Source: Janthinobacterium lividum (GTDB lineage: Bacteria > Pseudomonadota > Gammaproteobacteria > Burkholderiales > Burkholderiaceae). Taken from it: a stretch of 50,020 nucleotides of DNA. Shown piece by piece: positions 8,223 through 18,292 of the stretch. The notes under the pieces were generated by a model. That model did no database searches and was not told the origin of the DNA. It was given only the letters and a program-made list of their open reading frames with translations. The stretch's first letter is position 1. Each line of letters begins with the position of its first letter. The DNA lies in the NCBI GenBank assembly GCA_050955065.1, contig JBPBQT010000146.1:1-50020 (forward strand), in the 5' to 3' direction. The position numbers were made by a program, and so were the translations under genes.

Positions 8223-9710
8223 TCACTCCCAGTTCAAATCCGGATGACGCGGATAGACCGGGAACGCCGTGTTCCGGAACGCGAAGAGACTGGCGTCGGA
8301 ACTGGTGACGCCGCCGCTGTCGCATTCGACCAGCGCCGCCACCAGCGGCACGAAGACCGGACGACAGTACATCCGCGATTTCAGCAGCAGAAATGTCGCG
8401 CGTCGCGGATCGATGCCCACGCTCTCGAACACGCCCAGATCCCACGGCTCGTGCGTGCGTTCCGTGAGCAGCACCTGCGCGGTGCCCGTGTCGAGCACCG
8501 CGGCCCGTCCCATATGGGCGCGCTGCCCGGTGTAGGTCGGGCCGCTGATCACGTATTCGCCGTCGGTCAGCGCGCGCACCACGCCGGTCAGCGTCACCGG
8601 CGTGCGGGGTCGCGCGGCGCCGCCCGACAGCTTGTTGCCCACCGGCAGGGTCACGGTCGCGCCCACCCCCGCGGCGCCGAGCGCCGCCACCGCCGCGGCA
8701 TCGCAGATCGGTCCGACGACGATGCCGTCGAGTCCCTGGCGCAGCGCCTCCTCGAAGAGATCCATGGTGTCGCAGGTGCCCCCGGACATGCAGTTGTCGC
8801 CGTGGTCCAGCAGCAGCACGGGCTTGTCCGCGCCCCGTGCGAGCACCGCCCCCTCGGCCACCGACGCGGCCAGCGACGCACCGTGATAGACGAAGTCCGC
8901 GCGTTGCTCCCAGATCTGCCGCGCAATGCGCCGGGCGCAGCGTTCGGCCAGCGCGGCATCGCCATCGGCGACGACCACCACGCTCACGCAGGGCGCCGCG
9001 ATATCCGCCAGCCGGAATCCCGCCAGCACCGATACCGCGAGCACGCCTTCGCCCCCAGCCTCGGCCGCGCGCGCGGCGTCGACGGCGCGCCGCATCGCGC
9101 CATCCAGCGTGCTGCTGCACAGGGTATCGGACAGCAGCGGAATCTGCGACCAGCCGATCACCGGCCGGGCCCGGCCCGCGATCAGATCGAACAGCACGCG
9201 CGCCGCGTGCTCGCCCGCCTCGTACATGTCGACGTGCGGATAGGTCTTGAAGCTGACGATCACATCCGCGTGATCGATCATTTTCTGTGTCACGTTGGCA
9301 TGCAGATCGAGCGCTACCGCGATCGGCGCGGCGGGCAGCAGGGAACGCAGCCGCGCCAGCAGATCCCCTTCGCCGTCCGGCGAGTTCTCGGCGACCATCG
9401 CGCCGTGCAGATCGAGCATCACCGCGTCGCAACCCGGCGCCGCGTCGAGAATTGCCTGGCAGATGGCGTCGTAGGCCCGAGCGGCGACCGGTCCGCTCGG
9501 GTTGGCCGACGCCGATATGGGCGTGACGATGTCCGCCCCCGCATGTTCGGCCGCGTCGATGAAGGCGGACATCGCCACGCGCATGCCCTTGTTTTCAAGA
9601 TAAGCGGCAGTGCCGTAGGCCGGCCCGTCGCTGCCGAAGGCCGCCAGCGGCGTGGCCACCGGCGAAAACGTATTGGTCTCGTGATTCATCCGGGCGATCA
9701 GGATTTTCAT
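8223..9710 (-). CDS. M81-family metallopeptidase (MlrC-like)
   Basis: MKILIARMNHETNTFSP, LDLHGAM, DGEGDLL, LDLHAN, KTYPHVDM, DHGDNCMSGG, LLKSR. Confidence 0.92.
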   Translation of the reverse strand: MKILIARMNHETNTFSPVATPLAAFGSDGPAYGTAAYLENKGMRVAMSAFIDAAEHAGADIVTPISASANPSGPVAARAYDAICQAILDAAPGCDAVMLDLHGAMVAENSPDGEGDLLARLRSLLPAAPIAVALDLHANVTQKMIDHADVIVSFKTYPHVDMYEAGEHAARVLFDLIAGRARPVIGWSQIPLLSDTLCSSTLDGAMRRAVDAARAAEAGGEGVLAVSVLAGFRLADIAAPCVSVVVVADGDAALAERCARRIARQIWEQRADFVYHGASLAASVAEGAVLARGADKPVLLLDHGDNCMSGGTCDTMDLFEEALRQGLDGIVVGPICDAAAVAALGAAGVGATVTLPVGNKLSGGAARPRTPVTLTGVVRALTDGEYVISGPTYTGQRAHMGRAAVLDTGTAQVLLTERTHEPWDLGVFESVGIDPRRATFLLLKSRMYCRPVFVPLVAALVECDSGGVTSSDASLFAFRNTAFPVYPRHPDLNWE

Positions 9711-9810
9711 GGATAAGGTGTTCCAGGGTGGGAAAGAAAGGCAAGCGGTAAAACGCACGGCCTCATCTTGCCGCAACAAAATTCCCCCGCGCGCCCCGCT
9801 CAATGCACCT

Positions 9811-9851
9811 TTGACGCCTGCGCCATTTACCGTTACTGTATGCCCATACAG
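9811..9851 (+). promoter_or_regulatory. Sigma70 promoter overlapped by a LexA (SOS) box
   Basis: TTGACG (9811-9816), 17 nt, TACTGT (9834-9839); CTGT-ATGCCCAT-ACAG (9836-9851) fits CTGT-N8-ACAG. Confidence 0.75.
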
Positions 9852-10075
9852 CCTCTCGGAAGCTTGCCTGCACTACTTTCAATTTCCTGTAAAGCCCTCG
9901 TCACCGACGATATCGACATGCTCCCGAAGTGCGCCGCTTGCCGCATAATGACGGTTCCCAGTGCCTTTCTCGCCGGACGTCATCCCGCACGTGCAATTCG
10001 CGCGCACGTGTCGGACCCATGTGATGCGTATAACTCGTTAGTTGCGTTTCATGTAGACGTATAGGAAAACCCGTC

Positions 10076-10405
10076 ATGACCTTGAAGACCGGCGCTATCG
10101 GCGCAATGTCCCTGCTCTCCGAACGCGTTTCGGAAGACGCCCCACTATGCCGGCAGGTGCGGCTGCAGACCTCGCGGGATGGCAAGACGATCGTCATGAT
10201 CGACTTGGACCAGCGCAAGCCCGGGGTGATGCGCGCCGTCTGCTACGAGATCACCCCGGCGGAACTGATCGCGGCCATCCGCGCGCATGGCGCCGAGTTG
10301 TCGCAAACCAGCGACGAAGCCATCGCGGCGATCGAGTCCCTGCAAAAACCCGGGCCGGTCGACGGCGGCCCGGCGTGGGAACCATCCACCACCACGCTCG
10401 GCTGA
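10076..10405 (+). CDS. Hypothetical protein (~100-109 aa)
   Basis: AGGA SD before ATG 10076 (alternative start 10106); globular-looking sequence RQVRLQTSRDGKTIVMID...CYEITPAELIAAIRAHG. Confidence 0.75.
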   Translation: MTLKTGAIGAMSLLSERVSEDAPLCRQVRLQTSRDGKTIVMIDLDQRKPGVMRAVCYEITPAELIAAIRAHGAELSQTSDEAIAAIESLQKPGPVDGGPAWEPSTTTLG

Positions 10406-10498
10406 GTCCAGGCCGCGCGGCGGGTCGGCGGGCGGACCGGACCTCGGTCTGAAAACAACGGCGGCGGCCGGCTCGGCAACGCACTCGCAGGCGGGCCT

Positions 10499-10558
10499 GG
10501 AAGCAGGTTCGACAACAGTCGCAGAAGCAGTCTTGGAAGCAGTCTTAGAAGCAGACTT
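10499..10558. repeat. Degenerate 12-bp intergenic tandem array (RGAAGCAGWCTT-like)
   Basis: ggaagcaggttc/gacaacagtcgc/agaagcagtctt/ggaagcagtctt/agaagcagactt. Confidence 0.75.
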
Positions 10559-10568
10559 CGGGACGGAC

Positions 10569-11819
10569 TCAGAAGCGGCTCGCGGAAAAGGGCAGCAAGC
10601 GTGCCGGATCGCTCCGCCGCGTCAGCGCCGACGTGACGAGCCGCGCGGTCGACGCCGAACCGGTCAAACCCAGATGACCGTGACCGAATGCGCACCACAG
10701 CCCCGGGTGTCGCGGCGCCGGCCCGATGACCGGAAGCGAATCGGGCAGGCAGGGCCGATGGCCCATCCAGGTCTCGTGCGGCGCGTCGGGCCGCAGGGCC
10801 GGCAGACCGCGGCGCGCGTGCTCGAAAAGCAACGCCGCGCGACGCGCATCCGCCTGCCGCGCGAGACCGCCGAATTCGACGGTGCCCGCCACCCGCAAAC
10901 CGCTTTCCATCTGCGTGATGAAAACCTTGCGGTCGACCAGCACCACCTGACGTTGCAGATGCAGGCCCGGGTCGCTCACCTGTACATGGTAGCCACGCTG
11001 TGATTCGAGCGGCACCCTCACGCCAAGCGGGGCGAGCAGGCGGGCCGACCAGGCCCCCGCGGCCAGCACGACCTGATCGGCGCGGCGCAGGCCCGCCTCG
11101 GTGTCGATCTCCCATGCCGCGCCCGCCGGGCGGATCGCCCGCACCGCGCTCTGCTCGAACGTCACGCCCCGTTCACGGCCCGCGCGCGCGATGGCCCGGC
11201 CGTATTCCAGCGGGTTCGATACCCAAGCCTGATCCGGCAGAAACAACCCCGCCTGATAGCCGGTGCCCACCTGCGGTTCGAGCTCCCGGATCCGGTCTCC
11301 CTCGACGAACTCCGAGGTCAACCCATATGCTTCCTTGATCGCCCACCCCTGCCGGTCCTTGCGCATGGCCTCTGCGTCCGGATAGAGATGCAGCTGACCC
11401 GTGTCGTGGATGCGGCCCGGGCAGCCGACTTCGGCCGCGAGCGCGTGATGCAGCGGCACGGATTCCGAGAGCAGCGCATCCAGCGCGCGCGCGATCGCCG
11501 CGACCCGCGCCGGCTTGGCCGCCGCGACGAAGCGCGCCAGCCAGGGCGCGGCCTGCAGCAGATAACTCGCCGGCAGGTACAAGGGTCCAGTTGGATCGAG
11601 CAGCATGCCCGGCACCGATTTCATCAACCCGGGCATCGCCAGCGGCACGACCGAACGCGAGGAGATCGCGCCCGCATTGCCCGACGAACACTCGCTTGCG
11701 ACCGGACTGCGGTCGAGCACGGTGACGCCGAAGCCGGCCTTGCGCAACTCGTATGCGATGCACAGGCCGACGATTCCCGCGCCCACCACCACCACCGTTC
11801 CCACGCCCCGCTCCGTCAT
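10569..11819 (-). CDS. FAD-dependent D-amino-acid dehydrogenase-like (DadA/DAO family) oxidoreductase
   Basis: VVVVGAGIVG, CSSGNAG, VLAAGAWS, QRGYH, WMGHRPCLPDSLPVIG, AFGHGHLGLT. Confidence 0.9.
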   Translation of the reverse strand: MTERGVGTVVVVGAGIVGLCIAYELRKAGFGVTVLDRSPVASECSSGNAGAISSRSVVPLAMPGLMKSVPGMLLDPTGPLYLPASYLLQAAPWLARFVAAAKPARVAAIARALDALLSESVPLHHALAAEVGCPGRIHDTGQLHLYPDAEAMRKDRQGWAIKEAYGLTSEFVEGDRIRELEPQVGTGYQAGLFLPDQAWVSNPLEYGRAIARAGRERGVTFEQSAVRAIRPAGAAWEIDTEAGLRRADQVVLAAGAWSARLLAPLGVRVPLESQRGYHVQVSDPGLHLQRQVVLVDRKVFITQMESGLRVAGTVEFGGLARQADARRAALLFEHARRGLPALRPDAPHETWMGHRPCLPDSLPVIGPAPRHPGLWCAFGHGHLGLTGSASTARLVTSALTRRSDPARLLPFSASRF

Positions 11820-12194
11820 CGCCTCGTCTCCAAATTGCCGGACGTCCATATTACGCGAACCGCGACGCCGGCGCATATCGAAACGATGCATTTCCCGCCA
11901 TCCGTGTTTGTTCTTGTTACCGTTTTTTACCCATCATATTTCATTCGCACTCCAAAATTCTTTTTGGTTGCCGATTCGGCACATCCAACTCACGCCCCCT
12001 GCACCAGCGCATTTCCATAGTCCGGAACCCGACAACCGGTTTTCCAGTTCACGCCGGTATCGGGGTTGGGCGGCATGCCGTTTTCGGTGCACTATGACGA
12101 AACCGTTGGCGCCACGCAATGCACACGCACAGGACGGCCCGCGTCACACCGGCGGCGCGCACGTCCCGCAACCCCTGATCGTCAAAGAGAAAAC

Positions 12195-12824
12195 ATGAAT
12201 ATCCGTTCCCTCACCAGCCGGATCGTCGAGATCCCTTTTCGGGATGGTGGCCGGGGGCTGGGCATCACGCCCACCACCTGGAACACGCTCGAAACCGTCC
12301 TGATCCGCGTCGAGGATACCGATGGCGTGGTGGGCTGGGGCGAGGCCTTCGGCTACTTCCTGGCCGACGCGACGCGCGCCGTCGTCGAGCGGCTGCTCAG
12401 ACCCCTGCTCGAAGGATCGACGGTCGAATCGATCGAGGCCTGGAATCGCGATATCCAGAAAAAACTGCGCCTGTTCGGCCGCTACGGCGTGACGATGTTC
12501 GCGATTTCCGGCGTGGACATGGCACTCTGGGACCTGCGGGCGAAACGCGCGCGGCTGCCGCTGTACCGCCTGCTGGGCGAGGCGCACGCCACGCCCGCGC
12601 CCATCGCCACGTATGCCAGCCTGGTGCGATATGGCGATGCCGAGGTCGCGCCGGCCATCTGCGGCAAGGCGCTGGACGAGGGCTTCGAAAACATCAAACT
12701 GCACGAAATCGACCTGCGCTACGTGGAGGCGTGTCATCGTCTGGTCGACGGACGCGCGCCGCTGTCCGTCGACGTGAACTGCGCGTGGGATGCATCCGCC
12801 ACGCGCCGCCATATCCGGCGGTTG
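12195..12824 (+). pseudogene. Truncated mandelate racemase/MLE (enolase superfamily) gene, in frame with the downstream MFS
   Basis: GVVGWGEAFGY, AISGVDMALWDLRAK, IKLHE, VDVN; stops after 210 aa with no EEP or GE barrel motifs. Confidence 0.8.
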
Positions 12825-13944
12825 ATGCGTAGCCGCTTTCGTTGGTTCGTACTGGCCCTGCTGTTCCTGGCGATGTTGATCAATTACATGGACCGCGCGG
12901 CGCTGTCGATCGCGATGCCGTTCATCGCCAGGACATTCACCCTGACGCCGTCCGAGAAAGGCCTGATCCTCAGCAGCTTTTTCGTCGGCCATGCGCTGTT
13001 CGACATCGTCGGCGGCTATCTGGCGGACCGGCTCGGTCCGAAGCGCGTGTTCACCTGGGCGATGGTCGGCTGGTCGTTCGCATGCGCGATGACGGCCGCC
13101 GCGACCGGCTTCATGTCGCCGCTGGTGATCCGCACCGCGTTCGGCGTCGGCGAGGACCCGATCTCGGCGACGGCGAACCGCACCGTCGCGAACTGGTTCC
13201 CGACCGTGGGACGCGCGCGCGCCGTCGGGTTCAATCAGGCGGGCGGACCGCTGGGCGGCGCGCTCGCGGGTCCGGTCGTGGGCTTCATGGCGATCGAGTT
13301 CGGCTGGCGCCCGGCCTTCATCGTAGTGGGAGCGCTGGGACTGATCTGGGTGCTCGCCTGGCACCGGTTCGCGAGCGACCATCCGCGCGGCAACCCTCGC
13401 GTGTCGGCGGCGGAATGCGCATTGATCGAACAGAAGCATCTGACGCTGGCGGAAATGCGCGTCGTGTCGTCGTTCCCCTGGCTGGTGGGGGCGCTGGGCT
13501 ACATCCTCGGCGGCGTGGCGATCGACGCATTGTTCCGCCTGACCGGAAAAGCGCTGCTGTCGCGCAAGATCGTCCTGGTCACGTGTCTGGCCGCGGGCGG
13601 ACTGTGCATCGCGGCAACCGGGCGGATCGATGCCGCACGGCCCGCCGTCGTGACGATGTCGATCGCGGTCGGGCTGATCGTGCTGACCTCCACCGCGTAC
13701 TGGGCATTGATTCCGGTCATTGTTCCCGGCAAGGCGGTGGGCACCGCCAAGCGGTCTGATGTACGGGCTGGGCAATCTGTCGGGCGTCGTGGCGCCCGCG
13801 CTGACCGGTCTCATCATCGAGCGCACGCATAGCTACACGGCCGCGTTCGAGATCGCCGGCGGCCTGGCGGTGCTCGGCGCGCTGGCCGTTGCTTTTCTGA
13901 TCAAGGGCGACCCCCGGAACCGTGCGCCCCGTCCGGCGAGATGA
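12825..13944 (+). pseudogene. Degraded ACS-family MFS transporter (internal deletion plus frameshift)
   Basis: RWFVL..LF...INYMDRAALSIA; central loop/TM7 apparently missing at IEQ|KHLT (~13433); +1 shift at ~13749 continues as SGLMYGLGNLSG to stop 13944. Confidence 0.8.
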
Positions 13945-14162
13945 AAGGCGGGTCGCGATGCGCAGCATCGCCCCGCTCGCCTCCCCGGCAGGGGATTCGT
14001 CATGGCAATCAGAATTGCCAGGTGCCGTTCGACACGGTTCTGTCGTCCAATTGCCCCAGCATGATCGTTCCCTTTTCCAGATGGACGTCACCGCCGTGAG
14101 CGACCCGCATGACGCGCCGGAGTGCCGCCTCAGCCGCCGCAGACTCCTCGCCCCGGCCGGAG

Positions 14163-17100
14163 CTATGTGTCATTGATCAAAGCCTTGATACGGCTGGCGA
14201 GTACTTCCATCGCAAACGGCTTGGTGAGTACGTGCATGCCATGGTTGAAGTGGCCATGGCTGAACACGGCGCTTTCCGCATAACCGGTGATGAACAACAC
14301 CGTCAGTTCGGGCCGCCCCACCCTGGCGGCATCGGCCATCTGACGGCCGTTCATCCCGCCCGGCAGACCCACGTCGCTGACGACCAGATCGATGCGGGCG
14401 TCGGACTGCAATATCGCGAGCCCGGCCACGCCGTCGGCCGCCTCGATCGCCGTATAGCCCAGGTCTTCCAGCACGGCCACCACCAGCATCCGGATCGTGG
14501 GTTCGTCGTCCACGACCAGCACGGTCTCGCCCACCCCGGCGCGAGGTGCGTCGGCCAGTTCGGCCGGCACGTCCGCGTGCTCCGCTTCGCCCAGGTGACG
14601 AGGCAGGTACAGGCGCACGGTGGTGCCTTTGCCCACTTCGGAATAGATGCGCACCTGGCCCCCCGACTGCTGCACGAAGCCGTAGATCATGGACAGACCG
14701 AGGCCGGTACCCATGCCGATCGGCTTGGTCGTGAAAAATGGATCGAACGCCTTGGCGATCACTTCCGGCGACATGCCCGTGCCGGTATCCGAGACACACA
14801 GCAGCAAATACTCTCCCGGCGTCATGTCATACACGCGAGCGGAACGCGCATCGAGCCGGCAGTTGACGGTTTCGATGACGATCGCTCCGCCGTGAGGCAT
14901 GGCGTCGCGCGCATTGATGCACAGGTTCAGAAGCGCGTTTTCGAGCTGCCCCGGATCCACCAGCGTGCTCCACAGCGTCCCGGGCATGACGGTGGTTACG
15001 GCGATCTCCGGACCCACGGTGCGGCGCACCAGCTCTTCCATGCCGTGGACCAGTTGCCGCACGTCGGTGGGTTTCGGCGCGAGCGTCTGCCGCCGCGAAA
15101 ACGCCAGCAAGCGGTGCGTCAACGCGGCCGCCCGCCGAGCCGACCCCTGTGCCGCGTGGACATATCGGTCGACATCCGCGGTGCGGCCCTGCGCGATCCG
15201 GGTCTGCAGCAATTCCAGGCTGCCGATGATGCCGGTCAGCAGGTTGTTGAAGTCGTGGGCCAGACCGCCGGTGAGTTGACCGACCGCTTCCATCTTCTGG
15301 CTCTGGCGCAACGCATCCTGCGTGTGGGCAAGCGCTTCGAGCGCGGCTTTTTCCGCGGTGATGTCGCGCCCCGTCGCATAGGCCAGCTCCCCCTGCGGCG
15401 CGGCCACCCAGGAAATCCATCGCGTCGAGCCGTCCTTGTGCCGGTAGCGATTCTGGATCCTGGGCAAACCGCCCGTGGCGGCTTCCCGATAGGCATGCGT
15501 CGTTTCCGTGTGGTCCTCGGGCAGGACGAACTCGTTGACATGATGGCCGATCAGTTCATCGGCCGCATACCCCAGCAAGGTCGTCCAGGCGGGATTGACG
15601 CGGTGGAACATGCCGTGAAAGTCGATGATCAACAACAGATCGGGAGAAAAGTCCCATAGCCGGTTTCGCTCCGTGGTGCGTTCGACCACTTGTTGCTCGA
15701 GGTCTTCATTCGAGCGGCTCATCGCCTCCGCCGCATCCCGGCGGTCGGTCACGTCGCTCGCCGCGCCGAACCACTCCGTCACGGTCCCGCCTGCGTCCAG
15801 CAAGGGCACGGCGCTCGACACCGTCCACCCCAACGTGCGATCGGCGCGATAGACGCGGTGCTCCAGCCTGAAGACGCTTTTGGTATGGATGGCCTGGCCG
15901 ATCGCCGCTTGAACGCGCGCATGCTCTTCCGCCGGGATGTAGTCGATCAACCAGCTCGCGTTGGCCGTGCGGGTATCGGCGAGGAAGCCGCTTCCGGTCA
16001 GCTGGCGCATTTCGCTCCAGTCGGCGCTCATCGAGTAGAGGACCTCGGTGGAAGCACTCACCAATGCAGCCAGGCGCTGCCGGTTGTCACGCAACGCCGC
16101 CTCGGCCCGCTTGCGCGGCTCGATATCCTCGACCAGCATCACGCCGCCGGTGATGCGCTTCGCCATGTCCGTGATCGGCGCGGCGGTGAGTTGAACCCAG
16201 CGGGTTTCTTCATCGCCTCGAACGTAGCGGTATTCTTCCGCCTGCGTGGTCTCGCCCAGCGTGATTGCCCGAACGAGCGGATGCCGGGCAATCTCGAGCA
16301 ACCGGTCATCCGGGTGGAGCAAGGGCCACCTGCCGAGATCGCCCACCGTTTCGCAGCGAACCCCGCCATGGTCGAAAATGGCGCCCGTCCGGGCATTCTG
16401 CTCGAGAACCCGTCCCGAAGGCGCCTCGGCAACCAGGATGCCGATCGGTGCGCTGCGCAAAACGGTCTGCAGCAGGGTGCGTTCCGTTTCGAGGTCGCGT
16501 ATGGCCGCCTCCCGGGCGCGTTCGGCCTGATGCTGCCCGGTACGGTCACGCAGGACTTTCACAAAGCCCTTCGCCTCCCCCGCCTCGTCGCGCAGCACGG
16601 TCATCTCGCCCAAAGCCCAGAACCGTTCGCCGCCGTTGCGCTGGTTCCAGCGCTCGTCGTTGCTACGCCCCTTTTCCAGCGCCACCCGCATCTCGATATC
16701 CATCCGGTTCGACGCCACGTCCTCGGGGGTGAAAAAACGTGCCGTGCTCCGGCCAAGCATTTCCTCCTCCGTCCAACCGAGGATGCGGCGCGCGCCTTCG
16801 TTCCAGCGCGTTACCCGGCCGTCGAGATCGGTCGCGATGATGGCGTAGTCGATCGCGCTGTCCAGGATCTGACGATTGCGGACCTCGCTGGCGCGCAGCG
16901 CCGCTTCGCTGGCCCGGATATCGCTGACGTCGGCGCCCTCCACGAAAATGCCCGTGACGCGTCCACCCGCATCCCTTACCGGCTGGTAGACGAGGTCGAG
17001 ATAGAGATCGCGCGCCGCTTGGCCCGGCGAGGCTGGCAGGACGTAGCGGGTGCTGCGGGCGACATGGGGCTCGCCGCTGTCGAACACGCGATCGAGAAGG

Positions 17101-17825
17101 GCGAGATAGCCTTGCGCGACGGCGTCCGGCAATGCCTCGGCGACGCTCCGGCCGAGAACCGGACGGTCGCCGAACAGACGCATGAAGCCGGGACTCGCCG
17201 ATTCGAACCGGTGCTCGCGGCCGTGCAGGAGCGCCATGAAGCCCGGCGCCTGCACGAACACGTCCTCGAGCCGGCTGCGTTCCCCTTCGAGAACGACGTC
17301 GCTCCCGCGCGCTTCCGACGTGCAATCGACACTGCGTCCGTGAGTTGAATTCGACGCGTGGGCCGCCGCGCTCCGGTCATCCGTCCGGGTGCCGAGCGGG
17401 TGTTCATGCGGGTGTTCGAGCGGGTGTTCGAGCGGGTGTTCCCGCGCCACCACCCCGGTCGGATGCTGCAGCACGAATGCCACGTCGCCCTCGGCGTCGA
17501 AAACAGGCGTGTGGACAAAACCCCGGCACCGCGCCATGAACCCGTCATCGTCGACTGCCGCGCACGATGGCGCGGGCCACGACAACACGATGGTATCGGG
17601 CTGCTTCGTGCGGATCACGCGCTCGACGGAAGCGACGGTCTGACGGACGGTCCCGTCGTCCGCAGGGAAGACGTCCCAGACCCGACGGTCCACGAGATCG
17701 GCAAGATCGCGCCTTACGCTATCGAGATACGCGCGGTTGGCTCCTGCGATATGGAGACGTTCATCCAGGACGAGATACGCATTGGGTGAAGCATCGAACA
17801 GGTGACGAAAATCTAGCTTGGACAC
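14163..17825 (-). CDS. Multi-PAS hybrid sensor histidine kinase/response regulator
   Basis: About six PAS-like domains; LRQSQKMEAVGQLTGGLAHDFNNLL H-box; DTGTGM, FDPFFTTK, GTGLGL; REC LVVDDE...SDVGLPG...LTKPF; start uncertain (GTG 17825 or 17915). Confidence 0.92.
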   Translation of the reverse strand: MSKLDFRHLFDASPNAYLVLDERLHIAGANRAYLDSVRRDLADLVDRRVWDVFPADDGTVRQTVASVERVIRTKQPDTIVLSWPAPSCAAVDDDGFMARCRGFVHTPVFDAEGDVAFVLQHPTGVVAREHPLEHPLEHPHEHPLGTRTDDRSAAAHASNSTHGRSVDCTSEARGSDVVLEGERSRLEDVFVQAPGFMALLHGREHRFESASPGFMRLFGDRPVLGRSVAEALPDAVAQGYLALLDRVFDSGEPHVARSTRYVLPASPGQAARDLYLDLVYQPVRDAGGRVTGIFVEGADVSDIRASEAALRASEVRNRQILDSAIDYAIIATDLDGRVTRWNEGARRILGWTEEEMLGRSTARFFTPEDVASNRMDIEMRVALEKGRSNDERWNQRNGGERFWALGEMTVLRDEAGEAKGFVKVLRDRTGQHQAERAREAAIRDLETERTLLQTVLRSAPIGILVAEAPSGRVLEQNARTGAIFDHGGVRCETVGDLGRWPLLHPDDRLLEIARHPLVRAITLGETTQAEEYRYVRGDEETRWVQLTAAPITDMAKRITGGVMLVEDIEPRKRAEAALRDNRQRLAALVSASTEVLYSMSADWSEMRQLTGSGFLADTRTANASWLIDYIPAEEHARVQAAIGQAIHTKSVFRLEHRVYRADRTLGWTVSSAVPLLDAGGTVTEWFGAASDVTDRRDAAEAMSRSNEDLEQQVVERTTERNRLWDFSPDLLLIIDFHGMFHRVNPAWTTLLGYAADELIGHHVNEFVLPEDHTETTHAYREAATGGLPRIQNRYRHKDGSTRWISWVAAPQGELAYATGRDITAEKAALEALAHTQDALRQSQKMEAVGQLTGGLAHDFNNLLTGIIGSLELLQTRIAQGRTADVDRYVHAAQGSARRAAALTHRLLAFSRRQTLAPKPTDVRQLVHGMEELVRRTVGPEIAVTTVMPGTLWSTLVDPGQLENALLNLCINARDAMPHGGAIVIETVNCRLDARSARVYDMTPGEYLLLCVSDTGTGMSPEVIAKAFDPFFTTKPIGMGTGLGLSMIYGFVQQSGGQVRIYSEVGKGTTVRLYLPRHLGEAEHADVPAELADAPRAGVGETVLVVDDEPTIRMLVVAVLEDLGYTAIEAADGVAGLAILQSDARIDLVVSDVGLPGGMNGRQMADAARVGRPELTVLFITGYAESAVFSHGHFNHGMHVLTKPFAMEVLASRIKALINDT
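17396..17443. repeat. 12-bp x4 in-frame tandem repeat (EHPL/EHPH) in the kinase linker
   Basis: gcgggtgttcNN x4. Confidence 0.92.
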
Positions 17826-18292
17826 GTGTAGCGGATTTGTTGGATGGCTTTTGCTGAGCGGGGCACACGCTTTTGATCGAATCGTCTTCGGGGTGCCCGG
17901 CAACCCCTGACGCACGAACGGATTGCAACACCGGACTTTAAAATCATTCGGAAAACATTATTCGGAGAAAAATCATTGCAGCGCAAATTTCCTTACAAAC
18001 AATTACAAGATGATCGTCGTCCAGCTGAATTAAACAATCGTTTGTATTTTTTGAACATTATCGATAACGACCATGAAATATGGAAAAAATTATTTACAAT
18101 CAACATCCTGAAATAATTTAATGAAAACCGATATGAATAGTTGAATATTTTCCACCATTTTCAAGTCACCTCTCTTCAGGGAGAAATACACCAGCCGTCA
18201 TCCTGGTTCAAGGGTACAGCTTGATTGACGAAATACCACAACGACGCAGCCATATCAACTCGAACCTATTCATTTTTCACCAAAAGCTCGAC

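Noticed and set aside
10499-10558. Possible mini-CRISPR
   Set aside because: Contiguous 12-bp units with no spacers and no cas genes
12066-13832. 588-aa enzyme-transporter fusion as a genuine new protein class
   Set aside because: Both halves are truncated or damaged; better explained as a deletion product
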